Positions 1 through 12,329 of a stretch of 64,000 nucleotides of DNA are shown here, one piece after another. Position numbers and translations under genes: made by a program. This stretch comes from Antedon mediterranea. Its lineage: Eukaryota; Animalia; Echinodermata. Each line of letters begins with the position of its first letter. Positions within the stretch are counted from its first letter, which is position 1. The stretch spans positions 10,151,432-10,215,431 of the forward strand of contig NC_092679.1 of NCBI RefSeq assembly GCF_964355755.1. Reading direction: 5' to 3'. The notes under the pieces were generated by a model. It saw nothing but the letters and a program-made list of their open reading frames with translations. It was not told where the DNA came from and did not search any database.

Positions 1-833
1 GCTACGACGAAAGATACAAAAATCCTAAATTTTATATTTGCGTGGCCATACGATGACGTCACAATGTCCGGTTAGCCATATTAATACATGATCCGATATC
101 TATAACTCATCAACTTCAAGAATATGTCATCCACAAAAAATTGACCGTCCAGTTTAGAAATTACGACTGTTTAAAAAAAGGCATAATTTTGACAATTTTT
201 TTTACTTTTTCATCAAAAACTCGCGAAAATTATCCAATTCTACGTTCCCGTATGACGTGATTTTAAGTCGAAATTGTTTAAAAGTTTGTAAAATTACTAG
301 AAAAGGCTGGAAAAACATAAATCACGCGAAAAAAAAGTGTTTTTGCGCTACGTGCGCACGTGTACGTAAAAAAATTGCGCGCGCCTGGGAATTTTTGACA
401 TGCTTAAAATGACATGAAACGCATAGAAAGTTGATTAGAAATTGAATTTTCGCATTTTCAAATTTTAAACGTGCGTGCGCGCGTAACATTCTGTGAAACA
501 TGCCATTTTTTTTCCACAGACAGTTAGCGCAAGATAAAAATTATACTTTTGCTAAGTTTCAATTTAAATTGTTTTATGGTTTTCGATCTATGTTAAATAC
601 GCGAAATTCATAAAAACGCGCATAAGTCATGTTGCGCAACTCTGACATCATTCAAAAATAGGAAAGCACAACTTCACGTGAATGCCCATATGTTGACAAA
701 GTTATGAAATGTTAACTTTACAGGTTTTAGAGATACGCTCTGCACAAAAATGACAGAAAGAAAGAAGAATACAGAAAAAAAAAGATGATGAAACAGGACA
801 GTTACAAGGAGTTATCCGCCATGAGCGGATTAA
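1..833 (-). mobile_element. Partial non-autonomous Helentron/HINE-like element (family A)
   Basis: Homologous by eye to 33430-34211. Ends in the hairpin GTTATCCGC-catga-GCGGAT and is followed almost directly by the next copy at 843. Confidence 0.65.
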
Positions 834-1400
834 TACAGAAAACTAGATTTGAACTCGTCACTTTGACGAGTTCGGGTTATCCGCGCAAACGCAACATGCA
901 CATACTTTAAACTATATGAACTTCGACAATTGTTATGCCATCCTATGACATGAATTAAGAATGTTTACAGTGCTGAATTGTACCTATTTTGTAGCATACA
1001 GCATATTACAGTATTTACAGAATAAACTGTATAATTATGTTATATACAGTGTAGCATAGACGAAATAACGAGACCCATCTTTTAAATCCAATTATTAACA
1101 CGATGACGTCATCAAATTGACATAAAAGATAACAATTTTAGAAGATAATTATCTAAATAATTGCATTATTACAAATTTGAAGTATTTTGGGCACTTAAAA
1201 GTGAGATGCGCTCTCGTTTAAACATGCTGAACTATGACGCAAAATATGAAAATACGACTTTTGTTATTCAACTGGCCATATAATAAATGACGTCAAAACA
1301 TCTGATTAGCAAAATATTGACATGAATTCGTATCTACAATCCAATAGCTTCTAGAAAACGTTTTATTCATGATTATTACTGTTTATTCTGATGAGCTATA

Positions 1401-2834
1401 GGGCAATTTCACAGTAACCTAGGCCGTCAGTAATAACTGAGAAATAAGCAAATAGCTCTTCATCAGGTTGTAGTTGTCTGATTTAGTTTGTAATTTTTGA
1501 TAAAGCACCTGATGGGCAAACTACAAAAAAAATTTTATTGAGCGACGATGAAAACTTTTGTTACAGCGGCCAAAGATGTCATGTTTTTAGACAAAATTGA
1601 GTGTCTCATTGCAAAAAATCATTTTTATGAAATGCATTGTTGTTGTTTGTATGTATATATATTTATATGAATTATGTACATTTAAATTGGTTGATCTACC
1701 CCCAAACGTATAAGGTATAAACAATGAGTGTGAAATGTATACATGTTTAACTTTTTTGTTGTTTTCATTATTGTAATTCTGTCCGTCCAAAATGTCCACT
1801 CCGACACGTTGGCTTATATCCAGAGCAAATAAGTAAGCAAGTCTACTGTTTTTCATCTATATACAACACTAATAAGATTAACCATACGTTAAAACTTAAA
1901 TAATATATTTAACTGACAATTTGGCTGAATGCCGGGGAATCGAAATCTGTCCGTCCAAAAAAATGTCCACTCCGACACCTCATAAACTACCATTAATTTT
2001 TATGTTAATAATATAAAAAGTTGAATATTCATAGCAAAAATTATAAGCTGACATACTACAATTAATATAATGTACATATAATGTTTCTAAACCCAAGTAA
2101 TTCACTGTAATGCACTCTAATATGGTGTTCACATAATGTCCACTCCGACACACATATTTGATCAAAGTAAAATGGCTGATTTTTTAACAACTATGATACA
2201 ATGTTATTGTTATTTTATTTATATCTGTTTGTGTCATTGTTATTTAAGTGAAAATAATCTTGTTTAACTGTGTTTTTAGTATTACTAACGAGTCACCGGC
2301 ACCTGCTTCGAGGCGGTATTTTAGTCTTTTTATCATGGTAAAGCTTAAAAAGTACAAATTTTAACACAGTAAGCTGTAGAAGTGGCAATTAGTTGGTTTT
2401 ATTGTATTTGTAGCTATATAATACAACAAATTTTTTATTTGAGTCTAATGTTTGCTAATTATTCAACATTTATTGTTAAAATTCTCAGAAAAATTCAATT
2501 TTTCCACTCATATGATGTTTATATAAAGCGCGAGTATATTTTTTATATTGATACTCTGTACTAGTAATTAAATATTAGCCAAATAAGCAGTGACTTTTGT
2601 GTTATAATAAAAAATATTGAGATGTTGATTTCCAAATTTTTCAATAAAATTCTTCCAGTTACTAAATTCCTACTATTACTGTGAAAATGTCCGGATAGTT
2701 GTAGCTTTATAATATTATTTTTTATTAAATATAAACCAGTATGTTTCAAAATTAATTGAAAAATATGTAAAAAAAGGACTTTGAATTTTTGACCCTGTGA
2801 GACACTTGCGGCCTAGGTTACTGTGAAATTGCCC
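1401..2834. mobile_element. Non-autonomous TIR DNA transposon, possibly Sola-type
   Basis: Perfect 26-bp TIR GGGCAATTTCACAGTAACCTAGGCCG with TATA duplicated on both sides. The empty site gagctataacag is seen in the sister Helentron copy near 33266. Internal repeats of atgtccactccgacac. Confidence 0.8.
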
Positions 2835-3568
2835 TATAACAGATTGAAATTTACTGTAAAGATGAAATAAGGTTACCCACGTTATTTACATTTTTAGACA
2901 TGATGACGTCATAAAAATTAAAATATTTTTAACTCATGCGAAAGATAGTTGATTGACCTAGACAGTATTAAAATATCTGAGGAAATGGAATACGTATAAG
3001 CGAGATGCGCTCTTTTTAATGTGATGAGCAATAACGAAAGAGTAAAAAATTCTATATTTTACATTCGTGTGGCCATACGATGACGTCATAACATCCAAGT
3101 GGTAAAGATTCTGCATGAATTCATATCTACAATTTATCTTCTTGCATAATAAGTTAAAAAAATTGGGGGTCACCTTTGATCCTGAAGAGCTATAATAGAT
3201 TCAAAATAGGCATTATTTTGACAATATATTGTAACTTTTTCAACTAAAACGCGCGCAAATGGTCCAAATCAACGTGCTCGTATGACGTGATTTTAAGTCG
3301 AAATTGTTTAAAAGTTGGTAAAATTACGAGAAAAGGCTGAAAAAACATAAATCACACGAAAAAATCTGTTTGTTAACGCTACGTGCGCACCGCGCGCATG
3401 GGAAATTTTGACATGCTCAAAATGTCATGATCAGCGTAGAAAGTTGATTAGAAATTAATTTTGCGCATTTTGAAACTTTAAATGCGCGTGCGCGCGTAAC
3501 TTCTTGTAAAACATGCCATTTTTAATCCATAGAAAGTTTGCCCTTGATATAACTTAAATTTTCACTAA

Positions 3569-4635
3569 GGCCCTGTTCAGACCCATGGCGTTAGACCGTT
3601 TTAGCGTACGACGCTAAAAGAATGTGTGTCTGAACAGTTGGGGATTAGCGTACAACGCGTCGTACAACGGTTGTAGCATTGTAGTGGAAAACGGTTGATA
3701 GTACCGTTTTAGCGTACGACGCTACTGTAAGTCAACGTTGTATCCAATCAGAACGTTTCCTGTTATGACGCGAAACAAGGTTTGACCTAGGCTGACATCT
3801 TGTATCGTCAATGTGTGAGATGGATTTCAATAACAAAAAGGCCAGAATAAATAAGGCCTAACTACACTACAAATACAACTGTTACAAAGGCTACAAACTA
3901 CTATCAACTGATTACCATTATATTTTCTAACAAATGACATAAATACATGCACCTTGTATTTAAACATAGGGACTACGATCCCATCCGCTTTTAGGCCTAG
4001 CTAGGCCTAGAGCCATTCACGCATTTCATTCAAGCTAAAAACTAGCGTGGGACATCAAGTCACTCATTCATACAAGGCAGACTAGACTGGACAAGTTTAA
4101 TGCTGAAAACCCCCTAACTCCTAAAAAAATCAGTAAACAAACAAGGGGGAGCTGTGTCTCTTTTATTAGCAAGTTAAGGGTTATTTTCACCAAAGAATAT
4201 ACATATCTTTGACTGGACTGGATAGACTAATCACAATAATATTTTTCTTCATCATTACGAGGCCTGCTTTATTTTCGTAACACAAGAGCCTGGGGAGAAT
4301 GTGTTTTTACTACAAAATAAAAACAATAGAAACAGAAATTTGGCTTTACTATATTTTTCTTAAATAAATGCTGAGGTATGTTTTATTTACGGCAAATTTT
4401 GTCATAATTGTAGGGCTGAGATCTAGGCCTATATACAGTGGAAATAATGATGAACACGTGTGTATGAGCACATGAATATGCAACTAGAAACAACCTGGAT
4501 GACGTACTTCCGTTGTAACGATAATCGTACGCTATGGGTCTGAACACCTCGTTTTTTTCTCTGCGGTTTGTAACGTGACCTTGATAGTAACGTTGTACGC
4601 TAAAACGGTCTAACGCCATGGGTCTGAACAGGGCC
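3569..4635. mobile_element. PIF/Harbinger-type MITE
   Basis: Perfect 41-bp TIR GGCCCTGTTCAGACCCATGGCGTTAGACCGTTTTAGCGTAC; 3-bp TAA TSD at 3566-3568 and 4636-4638. Confidence 0.88.
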
Positions 4636-6267
4636 TAAGTGTCAATTCAAAATGACTTTTATTTTTTATCCTATGATCAATCATTGAAATTCATAAAATC
4701 GCGCGTAAGTCACGTTGCGCAACTCTGACGTCATTCAAAATATGGAGGTGCACAACTTCAGGTAAATGTCCATATAATGACAAAGTTATACAAAAGATAT
4801 ATTCACAAGCAATATGGGATATGCTGCTCACAAAAATCCGGGAAAGAAAGAAGAATAAAGACGAAAAAAAAAGATATTTACAATAACAAGGGTTATCCGC
4901 AACTTGTAAAGTTGCGGATAACCAAAAAATGTTGATCCCATACAATAACAAGGAGTTATCCGCTCTACCAAGAGCGGATAACTAATAAGAAAATAAAACC
5001 ACTTAGAATTGTTAATAAGGATAAATGAGCTTAAAATTTGTATAAAGTATTATTATATAACAGCTAATATTAATATGATAAAAACATAATTTGATATAAA
5101 AAAAATGTATTTTTAATTTATGGATTACTCGCCCAGCTAGTTATGCTGCAATACTTATTTATGTTACAAAATACACATTCAACATATTTAGGTATGAATA
5201 AAATTAAATTTTTTGTGCAAAATCTTGTTTTATTATTATTTCATTAAGGTTACGGAATTAAAAAAATTATATTATAACATATTTTGCATTAAATGCATTT
5301 GCAGAAATAATTATCAAAATAAATATGCCCTATGTCCTTTAGTAGTGGTTCCTTAAAACATTATGTCCTATAAAATATTGAATATAGTCCATCCAGGGCA
5401 GGACGTTGGTCCATCATCCTTGGCACTTAAAACTGTTGATAATATGAAATACAACTATTTGTTTTGCAATGACATTAACAACATATGAAAGGACTTTAAC
5501 TGTAATTGTCACCCAAAATGTTCTCCATTCACAATTGTTAACCTGTAAATAATGCAGGTAGACATTGTCATGAACAACCAGTGAAACAATTGTTACAATT
5601 TGTGTTTAATTTTAAGTTTAATGGTAAATGTAATAATTGTTTGATGCAAATAAATAAAATGAATGTTATTTTTTTTAAATCACAATAAATTAAAAGTAAT
5701 AAAATATTAATACTAACAACTGAAACAAAACATGTTTTTAAGTAAACTGTAGTGTTTAATCTTTTTTTAAGCAAAAACACAAGTCTACCAGAGCCAGTAG
5801 CTATGTTTAAGTCAGAAAAGCTATTTTTTCATCTTTCCTATGTTAAACAATGGTTACGGAATTACGTAATTCCGTAACCACATATTGGTTACGGAATTAC
5901 AGTTTTCAAATATTAATAATTTAATAAATAAAAATATTCAAAAGAAACAACAATTGTATTCTGATACATACAAATGCTTGATTTGCATTGGTACTACATT
6001 TTACATAACAGATTATTTTTTGAGAAATGCAATGTACTAATTTGAAATATCATGCAATTAATCTTGTAACATAAAACTATTTATGTTTTATTGGAACTTG
6101 AAAATCTCTTAAATTTATCATTTTTGTTAGATTTTTGGTAGTCAATTTTTGAAATAAATTTTCTATATCATATCTTGAAGATAGAAAAATATTTCTTATA
6201 TATCCTTTTTCTACATAAATGAGGCATGGGATCACAAAATCGGCGTAGTGTCGGAAATAATATTATT

Positions 6268-6544
6268 TTAGATTAAGACAGTGGAACCATAATTACCTAG
6301 ACATAACATCGGCAGGGGTTCGAGGCTCACTCACTCCATGTTTCTGGTGGTAGAACGAGTCTTCTCGGATAAGGACTATAAACCGTAGGTCCAGTGTACA
6401 CATCTAGCTCGTGTGCACTTTAAAGAACCTAGTACATCTTTCGAGACGAGTAGGGGGTTACCCCGGTGTATTAGTACATCACAGCCACTGATCACCAACT
6501 GGGCCCTCTGGGAGACCAGTCATTGACTGAAGAGGCAACCAGTA
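6268..6544 (+). mobile_element. tRNA-derived SINE with Deu/Nin-like core domain (5'-truncated)
   Basis: B-box-like GGTTCGAGGC, then ttctcggataaggactataaaccgtaggtcc...gcactttaaagaacc...gagtaggggg...ccccggtgt, which resembles the conserved Deu/Nin SINE core. A second copy lies at 62190-62460. Confidence 0.75.
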
Positions 6545-7199
6545 CATCCATTCATAGAAGCTTTGATGAAGTAAGCCTACCTGGTGGTGGCAATAGAACG
6601 GTCCCGAGATAACGACTATACTTCGGCTTTAGTCGATAGAAGATTGAATAAATTGTTAGAGATAGAGTATACGATGTTATGATTATGTGTAGATATGTGA
6701 TTTTTTTTTTTTATTCAAGTCAAGTTCAATATTGAATATCGAAACGTGGCAGGCTGAAGGCGCTTGACCTTTGACAAGATCGCCTAAATTTTTAATATAT
6801 TAACTTTACAATACTTAGTGTTGTATATTCTGGTACAGCCGCTCCATAATCTCTTTGCTTTTCTTCCTTATATCTATATTTTTAATTTATACTAACAAAT
6901 ATCTTTTTATTAATATAATAATAATAATATATCAAACATTTATTAAATAATATTTATCGCATAATATGCAATCTACGATAATTGAATTAATTGATATAAC
7001 AAATTTATTAAATACATAACATCATTTGAATAAAAAGAACAAATCACATATCTACACATAATCATAACATCGTATACGCTATCTCTAACAATTTATTCAA
7101 TCTTCTATCGACTAAAGCCGAAGTATAGTCGTTATCTCGGGACCGTTCTATGGCCACCACCAGGTAGGCTTACTTCATCAAAGCTTCTATGAATGGATG
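6545..7199. mobile_element. Foldback MITE with about 160-bp near-perfect TIRs
   Basis: 6545-6703 is the reverse complement of 7041-7199 with about 2 mismatches; TA on both flanks. Confidence 0.8.
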
Positions 7200-8559
7200 T
7201 ACTGGTTGGGAGCAGAAAAACTAGTAGACCATACCCAGTACCATTTTGATTACGATCAATCGGGAAATTACCTCACGAAATACGAGTCACTTTCTAGCTC
7301 AAGAAATCTTTATTTTGAGAAAATCAACAATGAAGTAGCGACGCCGATTAGCTTTGCCTGGCCTGGCCCACTGGATCACTGCGACAAGACTCTCTGTCAA
7401 AACTCACTATTATCTCCTCAATAACGGCAAACTAGTCGAAAATATATCACTGTGTGGTACATAATATTATATTTGTTATTTTTTTTTAATATATGGATAA
7501 AAATAACGAATAAAGTCCTAAATATTCACAAAATGTTGAAACGTTGATTCGAAAAACTACGGTGGAAGTTTAATCGTAAACAAAAGCGTCAGCCAATTAG
7601 AGAGCGTAATTTTTCTCTATAGCCAATCACAGTCAAGGATTTACAAATTTTTGTTAGAAATTTTAGCAACCTAACACCTTAATAAAACCAATTTCCATTG
7701 GCTAGATTAACAAAAATGCCTTAGGTTGTTAAAATTATGTTAGCTGATATATTTTCAAACAGATAGGTGCCAAACATGACGTCATTCGGGTTACCGGTTT
7801 GTTTACAAAGCGCCATAAAGAACGTTGATTTTTCGTGAACAAAAGTACAATTTCCTAATAGATTTTCAATGGAAATGACTTAAATAATTGCAAAATACAC
7901 ATACTTGTGATATTTTTTCATGAACAAGAGTTTGATATGTTAAGTGTTTTAGAATAGTATCGTTTTTTATTGAAATTTTAAAATGGGTAGGTTAGGCCGT
8001 TTTTCACATTCTGAACTTCAAGGCTATATATCTCAAAAGTTTAGGTTGCGACTCTGCGCCGCTTTTGTGATGCCATGCCTCAAATTAATCTTTAATTTGA
8101 TTTGAAAAGATGAAAAAAATGCCTCTTCATCATGGAATTGCCCACAAGACAACAACCTACTCAATTATTACGTTCCAACTACTCGTCTGTATAGTTAGGT
8201 AGGCTCGCGTATCATCTACAGTAGGTCGTGCCCACAGATGGTTCTCGAATACACATTAATTTCAGCGTTAACAAAAATTGTATCTTCTAGTACGATGATA
8301 TTGACTGAGTAATTTTCGCGTAATTATCGTGTCCCTGTCCTTAAACATATAAAATCCAGCAAATTCTCAAGTACGATGATATTGACTGTGTAATTTTCGT
8401 GTGACAACAGTCGCGTTCGGCGATAAATAATCAAAAGTCATCTTGAGTCTTGAACTCGCGATGAGATTGTCACTCCATCACAAGACAATGCTTCAACTGC
8501 TGCGCTAAGGAACTTGCTTGAAGAAATTAATCAACTAAACTATTTAAGTTATGCATACA

Positions 8560-8852
8560 TAGCGCCCTCATTTGTTATTAGTCCTCCCTAGATGTGATGA
8601 AACACCGTTTGTGATTGGTCAATACTCACGGTAGTATCCTAGTAATTAGTAAGCGCTGAACATCCAGTGATTCGGCTCGAAGAAAACGAATTGTTTATTA
8701 GGCCTACCTGATTATAATATTATTATTATTAATGTAGGCTTTAATTGATGGAAATTCTTCTGTTAATTTAAACGACCTAGGGCTATTGTGAATATTTTAT
8801 TGCCATGGAATATATAATTAGTAATAATTATCTGTATATTTTTATTCGCAAG
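8560..8852 (+). promoter_or_regulatory. Candidate promoter and non-coding first exon of the CIDE-N zinc-finger gene
   Basis: Apparently non-repetitive island with TAGCGCCCTC (about 8560), an inverted CCAAT (ATTGG, about 8614) and a strong donor AAG|GTAAGA at 8852/8853. The ATG exon has an acceptor 2 nt before the ATG, which implies an upstream exon. Confidence 0.35.
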
Positions 8853-8969
8853 GTAAGATGTCTAGGCAGGCTTGTTTACATACATACAATACAAAAAGGA
8901 GGCCTATAGCCTAGCTTCACCCGACCCAGGAGATATTTTACTTGTTGTTGGCTATGTATTGTAATATAA

Positions 8970-9126
8970 CAGATATTGCCTTTTATATCTGTGAAATATA
9001 AGAGTTAACATCCCCTCGGGATGATATTATGTTCTCGGGGAATTACTTTATATATTCCCTCGAACATAATATCATTCCCTTGGGGATGTCAAATCTTATA
9101 TTTCACCTCTAAGCAGGCAATATCTG
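8970..9126. repeat. Small palindromic MITE (hairpin)
   Basis: CAGATATTGCC...GGCAATATCTG termini, with internal arms gtgaaatataaga/tcttatatttcac and atattatgttc/gaacataatat. Confidence 0.7.
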
Positions 9127-9529
9127 TATAATATCTAACAGTACACACTCGCAGGAAGAGATTTGCAGTTCAAATTGGGACCAATATTGGTTAATACGTA
9201 TTTACAATAATTGTCAAAGTATTGCAGTACTATCCTAAGCTCATAAATTTACGGTACTTGTGTTAAACCACTGGGAGACTGAGAGATTGGAATGTTCCAT
9301 TCATGGCAAATCAATACATTTGTATCATATATTAAATCTATCAAAATAGTAATTTCATTATTTCATTTTTTTAAATGGATGAATATCTGTAGATTGTTAC
9401 TGTAGCCTATGAGGACTAAAATTGCGTCATCATTTTTTCTGAAGTTAATACTATAGGCCTTTCTCTTATTGATTGTTGATCATTCTGAGAGGTATTTGAG
9501 AGCGCAACTAATTATGCATCGGAGCACCA

Positions 9530-11374
9530 GCAGGATCTTAAATTGAACACGCAACTCCGCTCCAAATACGATCGCCTCGGTCTTTTCATTAAGTAAGCTT
9601 GAGGAAGTTTAAGCCCATCCATGTCCTAATCTCAGCAGTGCATGCTTCTAAACGTTTTACGGCGGTCAGAATCTCAGTCTGACGGGGCTTGACAGAAACA
9701 TAAATTTGTATATCATCAAGAAGTTGACCAGGAATATGTCCTCTATACATTTGACCTTAGAGGGTTAGATGAAGGCACTTCCTCTTATTTGGAAATTTCC
9801 TGATGTATGGCGTGCCAAACTGTCATTTAATCATTAAAACAAGATATCACACTAGTATGAATGAACTACAAGGGCATGGTGACAGGACAGTCTGGTCATG
9901 CGGTCGTATTCTTTAAGCCCATCTTATTGATCTAGTTGAGAAAACGACCATGGAGTTGAAAGAGTATGAAGATGATGAACAAGAAATTGAATTTGAGGTG
10001 GACGATGACTGAACATCTATTGTAGTAACTTGATAAGTGGGTTTTGAATGAGTAGTTTATGTAGACCTACTGTACATATACATAGTTTTATTTTGAAAAC
10101 AGAAAAATTCTTACTATATAAGATTTCTGTGAAAATTGAGGTCCTCACTCCTGAGGACGATCAAAGCATATTGATCGAAACGTCGAAAAACTTAACAGTT
10201 CTTTTCAGAATTAATATATGTGATGTACCGCAAACTTTCAAAAATTGAGGTCAATGATTAAATGTGACAATACTAAAATTTATGACCATTTCTTGAAATA
10301 AATATTCATTAGAGTGGATAGAAACATGTATGTTTTGAACAATTTAATATAAAAAAAAAATCTTTATGACCAAGGGTTACTGAGATATGACCTTCAGGTG
10401 TAAACAAGGTCAAATGTCAAAAGTGGTATTTCTGGCCATTTTGTATGAAAATGTTTTATTAAATTGCATATTCTGAACAATATAAATCAACATCAAACCT
10501 CTATGACCACTGGTTGTCAAGATATAGAACGAATACAAAAATAGTCTAAATTATTGCGAAAATCGTTATACAATAATGTCAAAGGTCAAAAGTGATATTT
10601 TCCATCAAATTTCAAAAATATGTTTCATTAAAGCTAATATAAATATGGATACTCCGAACAATTTAAAACAAAAATAAAATCGTTATGACCATTGGTTACC
10701 GAGATATGACCCTTATGTAAAAACGAGGTCAAAGGTCAAAAGTCGTATTTCCGGTCATTTTGTATGAAAATGTTTTATTATAGTACATAGGAAAGTGCAT
10801 ATTCTGAACAATATAAGACCAAAATCAAACCTCTATGACCACTCGTTGTCAAGATATAGGTCGAATACAAAAATAGTCTAAATTATTGCGAAAATCGTTA
10901 TGCAATAATGTCAAAGGTCAAAAATGATATTTCCCGTCAAATTTCAAAAATATGTTCCATTAAAGCTAATATAAATATGGATATTCTGAACAATTTAAGA
11001 TAAAAATAAAATCTTTATGACCAGGGTTACCAAGATATGACCCTTATGTAAAAACAAGGTCAAAGGTCAAAAGTGGCATTTACGGCCATTTTGAACGAAA
11101 ACTTTTCATTATAGTACATAGAAATGTGCATATTCTGAACAATTTAAGACCAAAATCAGACCTCTATGATCAGTCTTTGTCAAGTACCGTCTATATTTAT
11201 GATTTTGATCAATCCAAGATGGCCACCAAAATGGCCCCCAAAAGACCCCATGGGACAATATTTCGTCTTGGGAACATCAAAAAATGTTAATTACATATAT
11301 TCAGGATTACAAAAATGTACATTAAAAAAATACATCATGGGAGTGCACGGTAACCCCTCCTTCCTACTAGACTA
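9530..11374 (+). mobile_element. Right end of an Academ-like transposon: decayed transposase C-terminus plus about 325-bp subterminal tandem repeats
   Basis: Frameshifted fragments DVWRA, ELQGHG and LIDLVEK with an acidic tail ending at 10012. Three repeat units start near 10364, 10683 and 11015. The terminus ...gtgcacggtaacccctccttcctactagacta resembles the TIR at 41698/44411. Confidence 0.5.
10148..10187 (+). ncRNA. Minimal type I hammerhead ribozyme motif (Penelope-type)
   Basis: CUGAGGA core (10151-10157), perfect 6-bp stem II GAUCAA/UUGAUC, then GAAA-CG-UC with a palindromic stem III. Predicted cleavage is after C10184. Stem I is short, about 2 bp. Confidence 0.65.
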
Positions 11375-11697
11375 ATAGATTCCTTGTCTGTGGTTTAGAC
11401 ATCAAGATATCGTATTACCTTCGCCTGAATGGCGAGAGGTTATTTGGTCACTTGTGTGTTTGTTAAGAAAGTTGGTTAATAATAATAGAAATTGTTTTAT
11501 TTTTTGCATTTCAAATTTTTAAACTTTTAAACAAATTCATTACTAGTATAATGTTGACCGACTTACAAAATGTTCATGTTTACAAGTTTTAGAGAAACAC
11601 AAAAATTGACAGAAAGAAATAAGCAAGAATTTGTTTAAAAGTGCAAATAACCAAATACATTTTAAATTTTCTGTGCTTTTTCTGTTTTATTGTAGCA

Positions 11698-11782
11698 ATG
11701 AAGGCTTATAAAGTTTGGGATTTACCAAGAGAGACAAAAAAAACTGTTGTTGCAAGCTCACTTGTTGAAATTATAAAAAAAG
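11698..11782 (+). CDS. CIDE-N/C2H2 zinc-finger protein, coding exon 1 (CIDE-N N-terminal half)
   Basis: Polypyrimidine tract and TAG acceptor at 11693-11695, ATG at 11698, MKAYKVWDLPRETKKTVVASSLVEIIKKG, donor G|GTAAG (phase 1). Matches the CIDE-N pattern FKV..R..KKGV.A.SL.EL..K. Confidence 0.85.
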
Positions 11783-12329
11783 GTAAGAAATGTCACAAAA
11801 GTCTATCTTTATGCTTTTTTTTTTGTGATGTTTACTTGAGTTATTAAAGATACAATATAATTTGCTGTTTATCAGAAATGCAAGACCAGAATGACTACTG
11901 CAGCTACAGCAGTTAGCGATTTTTTTTCCCGTACGATGGTTCCTCCATTTTTTAATTAACTCAATCGACTCTTCGGATCTGTGGCTGCTCACAAACCATG
12001 ATCTTACTTACTTACATCTACTTACGAACTTGAGTGCCAGATTTATAAATGCTGCTTTTTAGTTACAGTAAGAAAATAATATGCCTAGCAATTTGAAGAT
12101 ATTTTATCATTAATTGGCCTATGTCTACTACCCAGTGTATGCCCTATCGGATAGTATTTGTTGAAGTTGTCACAAACAAAGGAAGCTGTGTTCTAGCAAA
12201 GCGTGCATATTACCATGTATCAACAAAAAAGAAATTTACTCATTACCGTACTGACACGGTTATAAGCCCATACTCGGGTATAACCCTACGCCAGACTCTC
12301 AAATTCAAATTTATTCACCTCCCAATAGG

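Larger units (their letters stand above)
843..4986 (-). mobile_element. Non-autonomous Helentron/HINE-like element (family A) carrying two nested MITEs
   Basis: The minus-strand 3' end is a hairpin (AACTCGTCA-aag-TGACGAGTT) followed by CTAG in a T-rich context. A subterminal inverted repeat GGTTATCCGC/GCGGATAAC is present at both ends. About 1.6 kb remains after removing the nested inserts. Confidence 0.7.
6221..8081. mobile_element. Non-autonomous DNA transposon, Sola2-like (GAG termini, 4-bp TSD)
   Basis: 33-bp TIR GAGGCATGG(G/C)ATCACAAAA(T/G)CGGCG... with 4 mismatches; AAAT TSD at 6217-6220 and 8082-8085. Contains a SINE and a foldback MITE. Confidence 0.75.

Noticed and set aside
1388-1400. 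CTGATGAG/CTGAAGAG in Helentron copies as hammerhead cores
   Set aside because: No paired stem II followed by GAAA and an NUH site.
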